DNA of 64,000 nt from Felis catus (GCF_018350175.1 NC_058368.1:216506001-216570000), one strand, 5' to 3'. Positions 1 through 12,234 are shown, counted from the stretch's first letter. The notes: generated from the letters alone by a model not told the origin. Program-made: numbers and translations.

Positions 1-33
1 AGACATTCAACTGACTGAGCCCCCAGACACCCC
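1..33 (-). mobile_element. Can-SINE 5' end (cut by window edge)
   Basis: Reverse complement of a diverged SINE head (aactgactgagcc...caccc). Confidence 0.75.
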
Positions 34-241
34 ATAATATGACTTTTGACTCAGGACCTCTAATGGTTAAAGCTGTATAAAATGCATTAGCTTAAGCAAA
101 ATTCATTTACATTAAATATAAGAATTAGGGTATTTGACTACTTTTTCCCTTAAAAATGTCTATGAACACTTAAAAGAAAACTTTATTTTCTTTATTAAGT
201 TCTTGATAAGAGCAGGACCATAAAGTAGTATCGTAGGCATC

Positions 242-736
242 TGCAGATAAAGGATGGTCCCCCCCAAAAATTTGCTTCAATTATTGAAACTGATGATGCC
301 ACACATACACATCAAGAGGGTATGAAAGGGTTATTACTGAGGCGCCTGGCTGGCTCAGTCAGTAAAGCGCGTGACTTGATCTTTAGGTCATGAGTTCAAG
401 CCCATATTGGGTATGGAGCCCACATAAAAAAATAAATTAAAAATGGGTTATTACTTAAATAAGTGGTCTTTCTGGGGAGCACAGGATAGCTCCCAAGTAG
501 GCCCGAAAATGGGTTGAGAGTAAAGAAAGATTAGCTTGGGATTTTTCTGAAAGTTAGGGAGTGGGACAGGGGTGAGTATTCCCCTATGCAGGGGCAGAAG
601 GAAGGAACGGATACCTGGGATTTCTTATCAGCTTGCTCATATGCGGAGCAGGAAGGGAAGAGGAAATTGTGAAGCTTAAAAACCATCAGCAGTCAAATAT
701 ATAAAAAAAACAAATTGAGTCAGACTCTTTCATACA
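242..736 (-). mobile_element. ERV1-class solo LTR (MER89/MER110-like), interrupted by a short SINE
   Basis: TG...CA termini. The minus strand begins TGTATGAAAGAGTCTGACTC...TTTGACTGCTGA, resembling recalled eutherian ERV1 LTR starts. Family name tentative. Confidence 0.5.
339..444 (+). mobile_element. Short tRNA-derived SINE (no CT tract)
   Basis: A box TGGCTCAGTCAG, B box GTTCAAGCCC, A-rich tail. TSD GGGTTATTACT at 328-338 and 445-455. Confidence 0.85.
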
Positions 737-1134
737 GGTAGACACTTGATATTTTTATATATCATATGTATACTTTTCTAAATGACATAAAGTGGAGAGA
801 GCCCTCAAAAATCCTTGACTTCAGAATACAAGTGAAAATCATCTTGTGCTGAATCACCTCATTTGTGTGAGTACCTGCGTTACTGACCAGCCTCTTCCAC
901 TTTCTAGCATCAGCACTGTAGTGCCACCCGCCTGATTTAATGCATCGTCCCATTGAATCCTCAGAAAGACCTTGGAATTTGCCCAACCTCACAGTTTAGA
1001 CAAGTAGAAATTAAAAGCATTAGTAAAGCTTGTTAATTTAGAATTTGCAGACATTTCAGGCTGTGTTTATGGTAAATATTAACAATCCATAAGGTAGAAG
1101 TATAGGTGTTGTATTTGGATAAAAAAAAAAACCT

Positions 1135-1298
1135 TGATAGTGATACATGATAGATGATAGATAGATCATAGATAGATAGATCATAGATAGATAGATCATA
1201 GATAGATAATAGATAGATGATAGATAATATAGATGATAGATAGATAATAGATAGATGATACATAGAAAATAGATGATAGATAGATAGATAGATAGATG
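1135..1298. repeat. Imperfect (GATA)n microsatellite
   Basis: Directly visible. Confidence 0.95.
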
Positions 1299-1309
1299 AA
1301 AGAACTATA

Positions 1310-1520
1310 GGGGAACCAGGGTAGCTCAGTCGGTTGGGTGTCTGACTTCAGCTCAGGTCATGATCTCACGGTCCATGAGTTCGAGCCCCGCGTGGGGTTC
1401 TGTGCTGACAGCTCAGAGCCTGAAGCCTGTTTCGGATTCTGTGTCTCTCTCTCTCTGACCCTCCCCCGTTCATGCTCTTTCTCTGTTTCAAAAATAAACG
1501 TTAAAAAAACTTAAAAAAAA
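1310..1520 (+). mobile_element. Can-SINE (SINEC, felid type)
   Basis: tRNA-like head, CT tract, AATAAA/A tail. TSD GAAAGAACTATA at 1298 and 1521. Confidence 0.95.
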
Positions 1521-1840
1521 GAAAGAACTATAGTTAAAATAATAAATGTGATTTCAAAAGCTAAAAAAAAGTCACAAGACTTTTCACTTTGCTTTATTCA
1601 ACACTGGTGCTTCGTTTGGTCACATGGTATTTTAATTTAAGCGGTTTTTTTTTTGGTTTTGTTTATCAACAGCTATTGTCATTATCCTATCTAAAACATA
1701 ACCTTTGACAGAAATAGGAGACAGACTGCAAGAAATCATGATTTATAGAATGCTTAAGATGAAAAAAAAAACAGCCAGAATATACTTTCATTTTAACTAT
1801 ATTCAAATGATCCCTTTTGGAGATTTAGAATAAACTATAA

Positions 1841-2060
1841 ATATATATGTGTGTGTGTGTGGGTGTGTGTGTGTGTGTGTATACACACACACACACACAT
1901 ATATATAGTTTATATATATATATTATATATATACACACACACACATATACATATATATGTATACACATACATATATATGTATCTATACACTTACGTATAT
2001 CTATAGATACATATATATGTATATACCCATATATATCCATATATATATGTATATATATAT
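1841..2060. repeat. Compound (TG)n/(CA)n/(TA)n microsatellite
   Basis: Directly visible. Confidence 0.95.
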
Positions 2061-2439
2061 TGAATAAACACATGACCCATGGTTATAAATAAGTATAAAA
2101 TTATATATAAATTATTTTATGTAACTTTTGTTAAAAAGAACTGCTGGCTATCTATCAAAGATATAATATCAGAAAAGACAAAAAGTAAGGAATAAAACAT
2201 ATTTTATTACTTGGTTTCTCCTAATTAGGACATATATTGTATATACTGCTTTCTTTCATGCAATTGTTAATATTCATTTGTTACAATAGCTGAAATACTT
2301 CAGATAAAACTAATCTCTTTAAAATGGTCTTTTTGTATCTGTTTTCTTGGATAAAGAATAAGTAACAAGAAAATTATATAAAAATGTTTTAAGGTTGTTT
2401 AATTTATATTAAAAGGTGTCTAAGTTTTAACAGTTTCTA

Positions 2440-2646
2440 ATTTTTTAATGTTTATTTATTTTTGAAAGAGAGAGAGACAGAGGTGAGTGGGAGAGGGGCA
2501 GAGAGAGAGGGAGACAAGGAGTCTGAAGCAGGCTCCAGGCTCTGAGCTGTCAGCACAGAGCCCAACATGGGGCTGGAACCCACAACCTGCGAGATCATGA
2601 ACTGAGTCCAAGTTGGATGCTCAACCGCCTGAGCCACCCAGGCCCA
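2440..2646 (-). mobile_element. Can-SINE
   Basis: T-rich tail, GA tract, reversed head. TSD AACA(G/T)TTTCTA at 2429 and 2649. Confidence 0.93.
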
Positions 2647-2659
2647 CAAACATTTTCTA

Positions 2660-3009
2660 TTTTTTTAAGTTGTATTTAAATTCCACTTAGTTAACAAAAA
2701 GTGCAATATAAATTTCAGACATACAGTGTAGTGATTCAACACTTCCATACATCACCTGGTGTTCATCACAGCAAATCATTTCTTAATCCCCATCACCTAT
2801 TTCACCCACCACCCCTCTGGTAACCATCAGTCTGTTCTCTGTAATTAATGCTCTTTTGTTTCTTAAATTACATGCATTGGTGAAATCATATGGCATTTAT
2901 CCTTTTCTGACTGACTTATTTTGCTTAGCCCAATACTGTCTAGTTCTACCCAAGTCATTGCAAATGGCAAGACTTAATTCTTTTTGATGGCTGATTAATA
3001 TTCTCTTGT

Positions 3010-3052
<43 letters not shown>

Positions 3053-3644
3053 TCTTTATCCATTTATCAGTTGATGGATGATGTTTCCATAATTTGGTTT
3101 TTGTAGATAATGCTGCTATAAATATCAGGTGCATGTATCTCTTTGAAATAGTATTTTTGTATTTTTTTTGGGTAAATACCTAGTGGTGCAACTTGTGGAT
3201 TATAGGGTAGTTCTGTTTTAACTTTTTGAGGAAACTCCATACTGTTTTCCAGAGTGGCTGCACCGGTTTGCATTCCCACCAAGAGTGCAACAGAGTTCCC
3301 CTTTCTCCGCATCCTCACTGACATCTGCTGTTTCTTGTGTTGCTGATTTTAGCCAATTTGGCAGGTGTTGTGATGATGTCTCATTATAGTTTTGATAGTC
3401 ACTTGATTATCAGTGATGTTGAGCATCTTTTTATGTCTTTGGCCATCTGTATGTTTTCTTTGGAAAAATGTATATTCATGTCTTCTGCCCATTTTTAATT
3501 GGATTATTTGGTTTTTTGGTATTTAGTTTGATACATTTTTATATATTTTGGTTATTAACCAAATCTGACATATCAGCAATGTCATTTGCAAATATCTTCT
3601 CCCATTCCATAGGTTGTCTTAAGTTTTGTTAATTGTTTCCTTTC
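2660..3644 (-). mobile_element. Older carnivore LINE-1: 3' UTR and end of ORF2 (3' arm of a 5'-inverted insertion)
   Basis: Reversed L1 3' terminus (tatttaaattccacttagttaac...) followed by antisense ORF2 C-terminal sequence. Confidence 0.9.
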
Positions 3645-3754
3645 CTATCAAAATACCAACAGCATTTTTCACAGAGAGAGAACAAACATTCCTAAAGTTT
3701 ATATGGAACCACAGAAGACCCCAAAGAGCCAAAGCAACCTTGAAAAAGAAAAGC

Positions 3755-4745
3755 TGACACAAAAACAGACACTCAGATCAATAAAGAACCCAGAAACGGA
3801 CCCACAAACGTATGGCCAACTAATCTTTGACAAAGCAGGAAAGAATATCCAATGAAATACAGTCTCTTCAGCAAGTGGTGCTGGGAAAACTGGACAGCGA
3901 CATGCAGAAGAATGAACCTGGACCACTTTCTTACACCATAAACAAAAATAAACTCAAAATGGATGAAAGACCTAAATGTAAGACAGGAAGCCATCAAAAT
4001 CATTGAGGAGAAAGCAGGCAAAAACTTCTTTGATCTTGGCCGCAGCAACTTCTTACCTAACACGTCTCTGGAGGCAAGGGAAACAAAAGCAAAAATGAAC
4101 TGTTGGGACCTCATCAAAATAAACAGTTTCTGCACAGCAAAGGAAACAATCAGCAAAACTAAAAGGCAACTGACAGAATGGAAGAAGATATTTGCAAACC
4201 ACATATCAGATAAAAGGTTAATATCCAAAATGAATAAAGAACTTATCAAGCTCAACACCCAAAAAACAAATAATCCAGTGAAGAAACAGGCAAAAGACAT
4301 GAACAGACACTTCTCCAAAGAAGACATCTGGATGGCCAACCGACACATGAAAAAATGCTCAACATCACTCAGCATCAGGGAAATACAAATTAAAACCACA
4401 ATGAGATACCACCTCACACCTGTCAGAATAGCTAACATTAACAACTCAGGCAACAACAGATGTTGGCGAGGATGCAGAGCGAGAGGATCTCTTTTGTATT
4501 GTTGTTGGGAATCCAAGCTGGTGCAGCCACTCTGGAAAACAGTATGGAAGTTCCTCAAAAAACTAAAAATAGAACTACCCTACGACCCAGCAATTGCACT
4601 ACTAGGTATTTATCCAAAGGATTCAGGTATGCTGTTTCAAAGGGGCACATGCACCCTGATGTTTGTAGCAGCACTATCAACAATAGCCAAGGTATGGAAA
4701 GAGCCTAAGTGTCCATTGATGGATGAATGGATAAAGAAGATGTGG

Positions 4746-4795
<50 letters not shown>

Positions 4796-5172
4796 GGAGT
4801 ATTACTTGGCAATCAAAAAGAATGAAATCTTGCCATTTGCAACTACGTGGATGGAACTAGAGGGTATTATGCTAAGCGAAATTAGTCAGAGAAAGACAAA
4901 TATCATATGACTTCACTCATATGAGGACTTTAAGACACAGAACAGATGAACATAAGGGAAGAGAAGCAAAAATAATATAAAAACAGGGAGGGGGACAAGA
5001 CATAAGAGACTCTTAAATATGGAGAACAAACAGAGGGTTACTGCAGGGTTGTGGGAGGGAGGATGGGCTAAATTGGTAAGGGGCATTAAGGAATCTACTC
5101 CTGAAATCATTGTTGCACTATATGCTAACTAATTTGGATGTAAATTTAAAAAAATAAAATTAAAAAAAAGAG
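3755..5172 (+). mobile_element. Younger felid LINE-1, 5'-truncated, with 3' UTR and A tail
   Basis: Well-preserved ORF2 C-terminus, G-rich 3' UTR, AATAAA and A tail. TSD AAAGAAAAGC at 3745-3754 and 5173-5182. Confidence 0.95.
3963..4910 (+). pseudogene. LINE-1 ORF2p C-terminal fragment (315 aa; no endonuclease or RT domain)
   Basis: Motifs [45 protein letters not shown]. The cysteine-rich motif is degenerate ([13 protein letters not shown]) and an in-frame (AC)22 encodes poly-TH. Confidence 0.92.
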
Positions 5173-6334
5173 AAAGAAAAGCAAAGCTGGATGTATCACA
5201 ATTGCAGACTTTGGATTATATTACAAAGCTGGAGTGATCAAAACAGTATGGTAGTGGTACAAAAATAGACATATATATCAATAGAATGGAACAGAAATCC
5301 CAGAAATGAACCCAAACTGTATGATCAATTAATCTTCAACAAAGCAAGAAAGGGCATCCGACAGTAAAAAGACAATCTCTTCAATGGTGCTGGGAGACTT
5401 GGACAGCAATATGCAAAAGAATGAAACTGGATCACTTCCGTGTAACATATGCAAAAATAAATTCAAAATGGATGAAAGACCTAAGTGTGAGATCTGAAAC
5501 CATAAAAAGCCTAGAAGAGAACGCAGGCAGTAACCTCTTTGACATTGGCTGTAGCAACTTTGGAGATCTGTCTCCTAAGGCAAGGGAAACAAAAGCAAAA
5601 ATAAACTGTTGGGACTTCATCAAAATTAAAAGCTTCTGCACAGCGAAAGTAGCAATCAACAAAACATTTTCTATTGTTTAAATAATACTTTCTCAACAAT
5701 AGACATTTATTTCTTGAATGCTGCCTCTAGATTTTCCTTGCAGATTTTTCCAGTGTCAAGATTTATGGTTAAGAGTTCCCAATGTTCCTCATTAAAGGGC
5801 ATTCTATGAACACACAGTGTTTGTTTATGTATGCATGCAAAAACGCAAATGTATGTACAGATGTGTATGCCTATATAATACAATGAGAAATTATATAAAT
5901 GTGGAGTAAGAGTCTTTATTATATATCAAGAAGTTATTGAATTATTGTCACATTAAAATTTATATGCAAATAAAATTAATAGAAAATAAAATTCTTTTTA
6001 TTAAAAAGTTTCAACTTTCCTGTTATAATAAAATTCAAAATGACTTTTAAATACAGTTTTTTTTTTCAAGACAATACTCTTAAAGCACTGAACAATTGAA
6101 ATATTTTTTTTATTTTGTAAGCTTGTTAAATGATGAACACTTTGAGCAAACTTTAACCGTCATACTTTAGTTACAAATTTAGTTAGTTCATTCAGCTCTT
6201 AAAATATCTGTCGTTTATTCCAAATTTTCCCACCTCTAAAAGACCAGGAAAGAAAAAATTAAAATATTATCCAACTGTTGTCATAAAAGACAGAACAAGA
6301 ACTTTCTTAACTTGTATTTGAGTCTACATGTATC

Positions 6335-6700
6335 TACTGTCAAACCTGACAATCATATTACAGAAAAAGAAAATTATGGAATAATATTACTTATGAAGCT
6401 TAGATACAAAAATTCTTGCTTTGGTAGTATTAAAATAAATTCAAATGTATGTTCTAAAAAATAATACATACTAGAACAATTAGGGCTTATCCAAGGAATG
6501 CAAAGTTAGTTCAACATTCAAAATTAACCAGTATCATTTTCCATCATGATGATATAAATGATAACATATAATTACTTCTGAAGATGCACGAAATACATTT
6601 GGCAAGACTCTAACACCCATTCATGAGAATATTTTTTTTCTCTAAGATTTAAAATGAATTTTCACAATCTGATGAAAGGCATTTAGGAAAAACTTACCGT
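6335..6700 (+). mobile_element. Ancient L1M ORF2 fragment
   Basis: Diverged L1 RT-region motifs (tagatacaaaaattctt; ttatccaaggaatgcaaagttagttcaacattc). Confidence 0.7.
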
Positions 6701-7159
6701 TTCCAATTAACTTATTGTTTAAATATACCTTCAGTAAGTCTATTGCTTTCTTTAATTTATTTCCTTTAAGATATGGTATCCAATAATTTAATATATGTAA
6801 ATTTTTGGAATTGTATCAGACATAAGACATATTATATGTGCTGTATCTTTGTTTGCTTTTAGTATTTACCTTGAGGCACGTCCTTTTTCATCCTGAGGCA
6901 TTCCATGTTGCCTTCTTATGTAGTGAAATAAGGTACCTTTTTCAGTCTCCGCTCTCTTAGTCGCTTTCCCAGTGATAGAAGTGTGAAAATAAGCCCACAA
7001 GGGCATTCTATGTTCTGTATTCAAGCCATCATCGTGCTTAGATTTTATCATTGTGATCAAGGTAATATTGTGTATTCCTTTTCTAGTGTTCAAATCTCTT
7101 CCCTGCTTTTAGTGTCTGTAAAGCAGTCGTCTGAGTAGGTAAAGCCCACCCAGGAAAAG

Positions 7160-7372
7160 TCCATTATGATTTAATTAAAATCGACAGACTAGAGGCTTTA
7201 AATACATCTGTAAAAGTTACCTTTACCTTTGCCATAGAACGATTCTATCATGGGGGTTACATCCATCATTTCATAGATTCCACCTACATTCAAAGTTATT
7301 ATAAAAGGAATATCCACACCAGGAGGTGAGGTCCCATCTTGAGGGCTGTGTAGCATTCTGACTACTACCTGT
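7160..7372 (-). mobile_element. Old MaLR (MLT1-type) LTR fragment
   Basis: Ends catcttgagggctgtgtagcattctgactactac, resembling a reversed MLT1 start. Confidence 0.5.
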
Positions 7373-7759
7373 GAGAAAGTCTGTTTTTACTGTGACCTAT
7401 ATTTCAGGTTATTTTTTATTCTACTCCAAGTCTTAGGGACCTAGTGGCCAACAGGACCACATATAGGACCTAGTGGCCAATAAACTTCAAAGATTATGGC
7501 TAGAGATATGGATTTATGTTGTTAAAATAAAGTTTCCTTTTTTTTCGTCTGAAGAGGTGACTGGCAGAGAATAATACATAATAAGAAATATGGTTAATAA
7601 TGTTATTATTAATAAAGATACAATAATAAGTTATTGTACCTTATTTAGGCTACCAAATTTATTTATTATGTTATTTCTCACTTTTACAACTGACTTCAGC
7701 CTGTAAATCTCCAACCCCAATGACAGGCGCTCATCATACTGTACTTCTAGTATCATAGA

Positions 7760-8115
7760 ATATATTAGTGCTTTTCCGTCTTCCTTACCCTGTCTGGGAT
7801 ATCAGCCCACACAGCAGTATGATACAATGTTTTTCTGTTGAAATTCAAGATGGCCGTATGACATTCTTTATCTAATGGAATAAGAGTAGAAATGACATGT
7901 TATTTACATGCTGAGCGGCTAAAAAATAGTGGATTGCCACATTCTCTTTTCCTTCTTTAAAAAATTATAAAAGTATGTGTTGAGATAGAGCCCTATTTGC
8001 TATTGCAAAATGGACATGTAGGATCAGTGAATAAATTTTTGTGGTGAACCACTTGTATTTTTTTTTTTCTGGTTGATTGTTATATTGGCACAATGTAGCT
8101 CTTCTCCACTGTCCT
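7760..8115 (+). mobile_element. Old MaLR (MLT1J-like) LTR fragment
   Basis: Motifs ggccgtatgac...ctaatggaataagagtagaaatgacatg and aataaattttt...tgttata. Confidence 0.45.
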
Positions 8116-8410
8116 AGTTGTGGGGCAATTTTGCACATCGCTTTTATTTGTGTTAATCATTTGTTTTGGTTGTGTTTCGGTATATGTATCAGATACGTGA
8201 AAAATACTTCGTTAGCTTCCTTTTTTACGAAGTCAGTGGCAGCAAAAGAAGAAAAGAATTTTAAATGTCCATGGCCCTTAGTTTTGTATAATTGTCTATT
8301 TTGTTCAAATCCTCATGTCATATGGTCAGTCCCCTTCACAAAGCAGTTCTCTGGAACTTTATCTTATTCTAAATCCTGTTCCTCCTTTTTAATGTGTTTA
8401 ATGTATAGCT

Positions 8411-8415
<5 letters not shown>

Positions 8416-8456
<41 letters not shown>

Positions 8457-8480
8457 AGAGAGAGAGGAGAGAGAAAGAGA
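8416..8480. repeat. (GT)n followed by a GA-rich tract
   Basis: Directly visible. Confidence 0.9.
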
Positions 8481-9889
8481 ATCTTCACCTTAACTCCTTG
8501 GTTATTCCTTCTTCTCATTGCATATCTCATTATATGTCATTCTTGGTGATGTCTCATTTGCTCTGACCTCAGACTTCCCTTCTCAGCTATGATTCATTCT
8601 GGTCATGTCAAGAAATCTCTTCTGGCCCTTCTAGCTTCTGAGGATTGACAAACACAGGCACATTAATCTGTATCTTGACCGGTTCAGCCATGCTACTTAA
8701 CAAATCCATATACAAACTTGCACTGAGCAGTAAGTTTTTCTCACGTGACCTTTTTCTCGCAGTAGAATTCAGCCATTGTGAAGGGCCGTAGTTCAGGGCT
8801 CTTTCTGTCTCTTGCTCCATCATAACTGTTCAACCTTATCAAGGATAAGTCAATGAATTGATTTTAAAATGTTGAAAGTAGGATGGTATATGTCACTTAC
8901 CCCATGATATTTTAGGAAGCCCTGGTAACATTTTGTTCTCTTTGTTCTCATTTGGGTTATGTAAGAAATGAATAGCCCTGGCATTAAGGATTCTGAAGTA
9001 GCCTATCATATTTTCAATGCTTGTGAAAACTGTACAACAAAACCCAGGCAGTTTTGTCATTTTGAAATAGAATCCCTGGCAAGCTTTGAAAGACTTGTAT
9101 TTCTGGTTTGTCATGCCATTCTTCTGAGGCTAAACATCAACTTTAGGTTGACCCAATATTGTTCCTAATCACTAATAATCCTTCATGACATAATACATCA
9201 GTGTAACACAAAATGAACTAAAGCATGTGTTTGTAGCAACAGAGTCTTAAAAACAGTGAAATAAAAGTGTTAAATTTGACCCTGGGGTATGCCTCTTGAG
9301 TATGAGTTGTCAAAGGAAATTTTTCCAAGTTGTTTCAGAAGACACATGGCATGCTTATTTTTCTATCTGTAGTATTTTGACAGTAGTTATATTAAATGCT
9401 TGATATCCTAAGTTTTGCATTTATAAGATAAAGTAGATTCTAATTTTGTTTTAAACGCAATGATAAGCCTAAGGCATAGAGTAATCATTAAAATGGCAAG
9501 ATTATATTTATAATGCACCTCTATTTACCTTTAAAACAACACTTATGCCACAATGGTATTCATATGAATTTACTGAGGGCCAGATTATTATGTTTTGACT
9601 TAATTTAACTATGATAACAGTAATCTTTTCCCTTGCAGTAGCTGATGATTTAGACTCAGTATGTGTGGCAAGTCAGAGGAAGTGAGACACATTTTCACAC
9701 CCAATAATAATTATTTCAAGAAAAAAAATAAAATATTACACGTAAAAGAAATTGGGAGACAAGATTAACACTAACAGAGAAAATAAACTAGATTTTATCA
9801 AAGTCTTCACAGAAAAAAATAGCATATGATTTTAGAAGAAATCTCAGAAATAAACAATAAAAAAAATGTATGCAATAAGGTGTAGTCTG

Positions 9890-10445
9890 TGAAGGAATTC
9901 AGGATATGGACATGCCACCCCAAAATATGATGTTTTGGTGTATTGATTATTTTGAGTGAAAGCACTTAAAAAACAGCAGATTCAGGGAAATACTTCCTTT
10001 GGATTCCCTTCACCTGCTTAAAAACAAATGCTCCAAAGGGACCCTACTGTCACAATTCCCCACTCCAAGAGTTTCATCAACCTGGAAAGATTGACTCTTA
10101 TTTCAAGAGAAGCGACTGGAAGTTGACACCATACTCAGACAAACCTTGTCACAAATTATCCTATTTCCCACCTATTCTTTTAAAATCCTATTTGTCTTTT
10201 CTAAAAATGATTTACTTTTTCCTAAATTGTCTGCATACTCCTCCCTCTTCCTCTATTATGATAGTATATAAGCCCTCAAATCTCTGCCCTTTTGGGGTAT
10301 TCATTTTCTTTCCTGTCACGCCCCTGCTCATATATTAAAGTTAATCAATGTGTACACCTTTTCTCCTCTTAATCTGTTTTCGGGTTAGTTCATAGACCCA
10401 GCTATCGAACCTAGGAAGGTAGAAGGAAGTTCTGCCCCCCCTGTA
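9890..10445 (+). mobile_element. ERV1 solo LTR, MER34-like
   Basis: Starts TGAAGGAATTCAGG...ATGCCACCCCAAAATATG, with TATA-like TATATAAG and ATTAAA. 4-bp TSD TCTG at 9886-9889 and 10446-10449. Confidence 0.75.
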
Positions 10446-10838
10446 TCTGTTAGGGCTGCTATATTTTGTTATAGCAAACGGGGTGGTTCAAGCAACAGAC
10501 ACTTACCTTCTCACATTTCGGAAGGCTGGGAGTCCAGAGTCAAGGCACCACCAGCTCTGATCTCTCTCCTTGGCTGGAAGACTACCACCTTCTTGTTTGG
10601 TCTTCCCATAGCCTTTTCTTTGCACGCATGCACCTGTGGGGGCTCTTCCTTCTTTCATAAAGACATCAAGTCCTATCAGATTGTGGGCCCACCCTTATAC
10701 CCTCTTTTAAAGACTTAAAATACAATTTTTAAAATTATCTTTTTAAATACTCCATCTCCAAATAAAGTGACATTCTGAGGTACTGGGGGTGAGGGTTTTG
10801 ACATATATATTTTGGGAGGATGCAGTTCAGTCAGTAAC
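10446..10838 (-). mobile_element. MaLR MLT1A/B-like LTR (first ~9 bp displaced to 9881-9889)
   Basis: tagggctgctata...caacagacacttaccttctcaca...gaaggctgggagtcc and acattctgaggtactgggggtgaggg motifs. Confidence 0.8.
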
Positions 10839-10987
10839 GGTACATTATAAAGAAATGGATAAAACAAAGATAGTTATGAACTCGGAAAGTTAGTCAATGG
10901 TAACGCATATAGAATGGGAAAATAAATAGGAATGTAGGAATATATTATTTTGCACAGTTTCTTTATCATTTTGTCTGTTGTGCCAAG

Positions 10988-11018
<31 letters not shown>

Positions 11019-11023
11019 TGTGT
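10988..11023. repeat. (GT)n microsatellite
   Basis: Directly visible. Confidence 0.9.
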
Positions 11024-11099
11024 ATTTGCATATATGTGTGTATACTGTTTGTGTGCTTTTCATTCTTTTTAAATCAGAAATAACAGTTGACTTTTTCTT

Positions 11100-11224
11100 G
11101 GGGGACCTGGAGAGCTCACTTGGTTGAGCATCCTACTCTTAACTTTGGCTCAGATCATGATCCCAGGTCATGGGATTGGGCCCCATGTCTTCATGCTCTG
11201 TACTAAGCGTGAAACTTGCTTGAG

Positions 11225-11268
<44 letters not shown>

Positions 11269-11328
11269 TACTCCTTTGCCCAGCTTATTCTCTGCTTCCC
11301 CCCCCCTCTAATATAATACTAAAATAAA
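11100..11328 (+). mobile_element. Can-SINE (older, expanded CT tract)
   Basis: Head, (CT)n, tail. TSD AGTTG(A/C)CTTTTTCT on both sides. Confidence 0.9.
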
Positions 11329-11604
11329 GAGTTGCCTTTTTCTCAAATGATTTTTTACTTCATGAAGTATCAGGTTTTCTTCTAGATTGCCTTATTTTCT
11401 TAGTAGTCATGGATATACATTTAAGTATTCATTGAATATCACTTAGAATTTTACTGAAGAAATCCTCATTTGTATTTATAGAAGTTTCCACTTTAATAAT
11501 TTTTAGTGTTAGTTTTATAATAAATACGGCTTCATTAAGATAAACTAAATCATTTTCCATCTGCTGTTATTAGAGTTTATATAAAATGGTCATTGTTTTC
11601 TTTA

Positions 11605-11850
11605 TATATTGTTGCATAACAAATCACCCCAGACCCAAATGACTTAGAACAAGTATTTATTATTTCTAATCGTGCTATGGGTTGGCAGTCTGGATAGGGC
11701 TTCTCTTGATCTTGCCTGATATCATGTCATATGGCTGTAGTCACCTGATGCTTCACTGGGTTGGAACCTCTCGGATGGCCTGATTCAGACATCTGGCAGT
11801 TGGGACTAGCTGTTGGTAGTGTGCTAATGTTCACCTCCCTGTTGCCTGCC
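11605..11850 (-). mobile_element. MaLR (MLT1-type) LTR fragment
   Basis: tattgttgcataacaaatcacccc...gacttagaacaa...tttattatttct is the typical reversed MLT1 3' end. Confidence 0.6.
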
Positions 11851-11994
11851 TAAAAGGCTCTTCAAACCATCTTAAGTGAATTCTGTTTTCTGCCATGCCC
11901 TTAGTGACACAATGAATAACATAAATACAATTATTTGACTTCTTAGAGAAAAAAAAAGTTTTGTGTGTTATGATAGAAGAATGCATGCTAGTAT

Positions 11995-12234
11995 TTTTTA
12001 ACAATTTTTTAACATGTGTTTATTTTTGAGAGACAGAGAGACAGAGAGAGAGAGACAGAACATAAGCAGGGGAGAGGCAGAAAGAGAGGGAGACACAGAA
12101 TCTGCAGCAGGCTCTAGGCCCCAAGCTCCAAAGTGTCAGCCCAGAGCCTGATGCGGGGCTCAAGCCCACAAACCGTGAGATCATGACCTGAGCTGAAGTT
12201 AGACGTTTAACCAACTGAGCCACCTAGGTGCCCC
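11995..12234 (-). mobile_element. Can-SINE
   Basis: Full structure. TSD ATGCTAGTATTTT on both sides. Confidence 0.95.

Larger units (their letters stand above)
3644..5665 (+). mobile_element. Inverted 5' arm of the same older LINE-1 (ORF2; 3644-3754 and 5173-5665), split by a younger L1
   Basis: Sense ORF2 sequence (cctatcaaaataccaacagc...). ORF 5421-5681 translates as L1 ORF2 (INSKWMKDL...[10 protein letters not shown]). Confidence 0.88.

Noticed and set aside
339..444. tRNA gene
   Set aside because: A and B boxes are present, but it has an A tail, a TSD and no intact cloverleaf, so it is a SINE. The same applies to all other SINE heads.
1033..2092. ORFs 1033-1263, 1825-2073 and 1847-2092
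   Set aside because: Translations of GATA/TA/CA microsatellites that happen to lack stops.
3773..4558. 261-aa hydrophobic minus-strand ORF resembling a membrane protein
   Set aside because: It is the antisense reading of L1 ORF2. The same holds for 5432-5662 and 63040-63471.
6866..7093. Minus-strand ORF ending at a donor-like AAG/GTAAAT
   Set aside because: No recognisable protein and no clear acceptor or partner exons.
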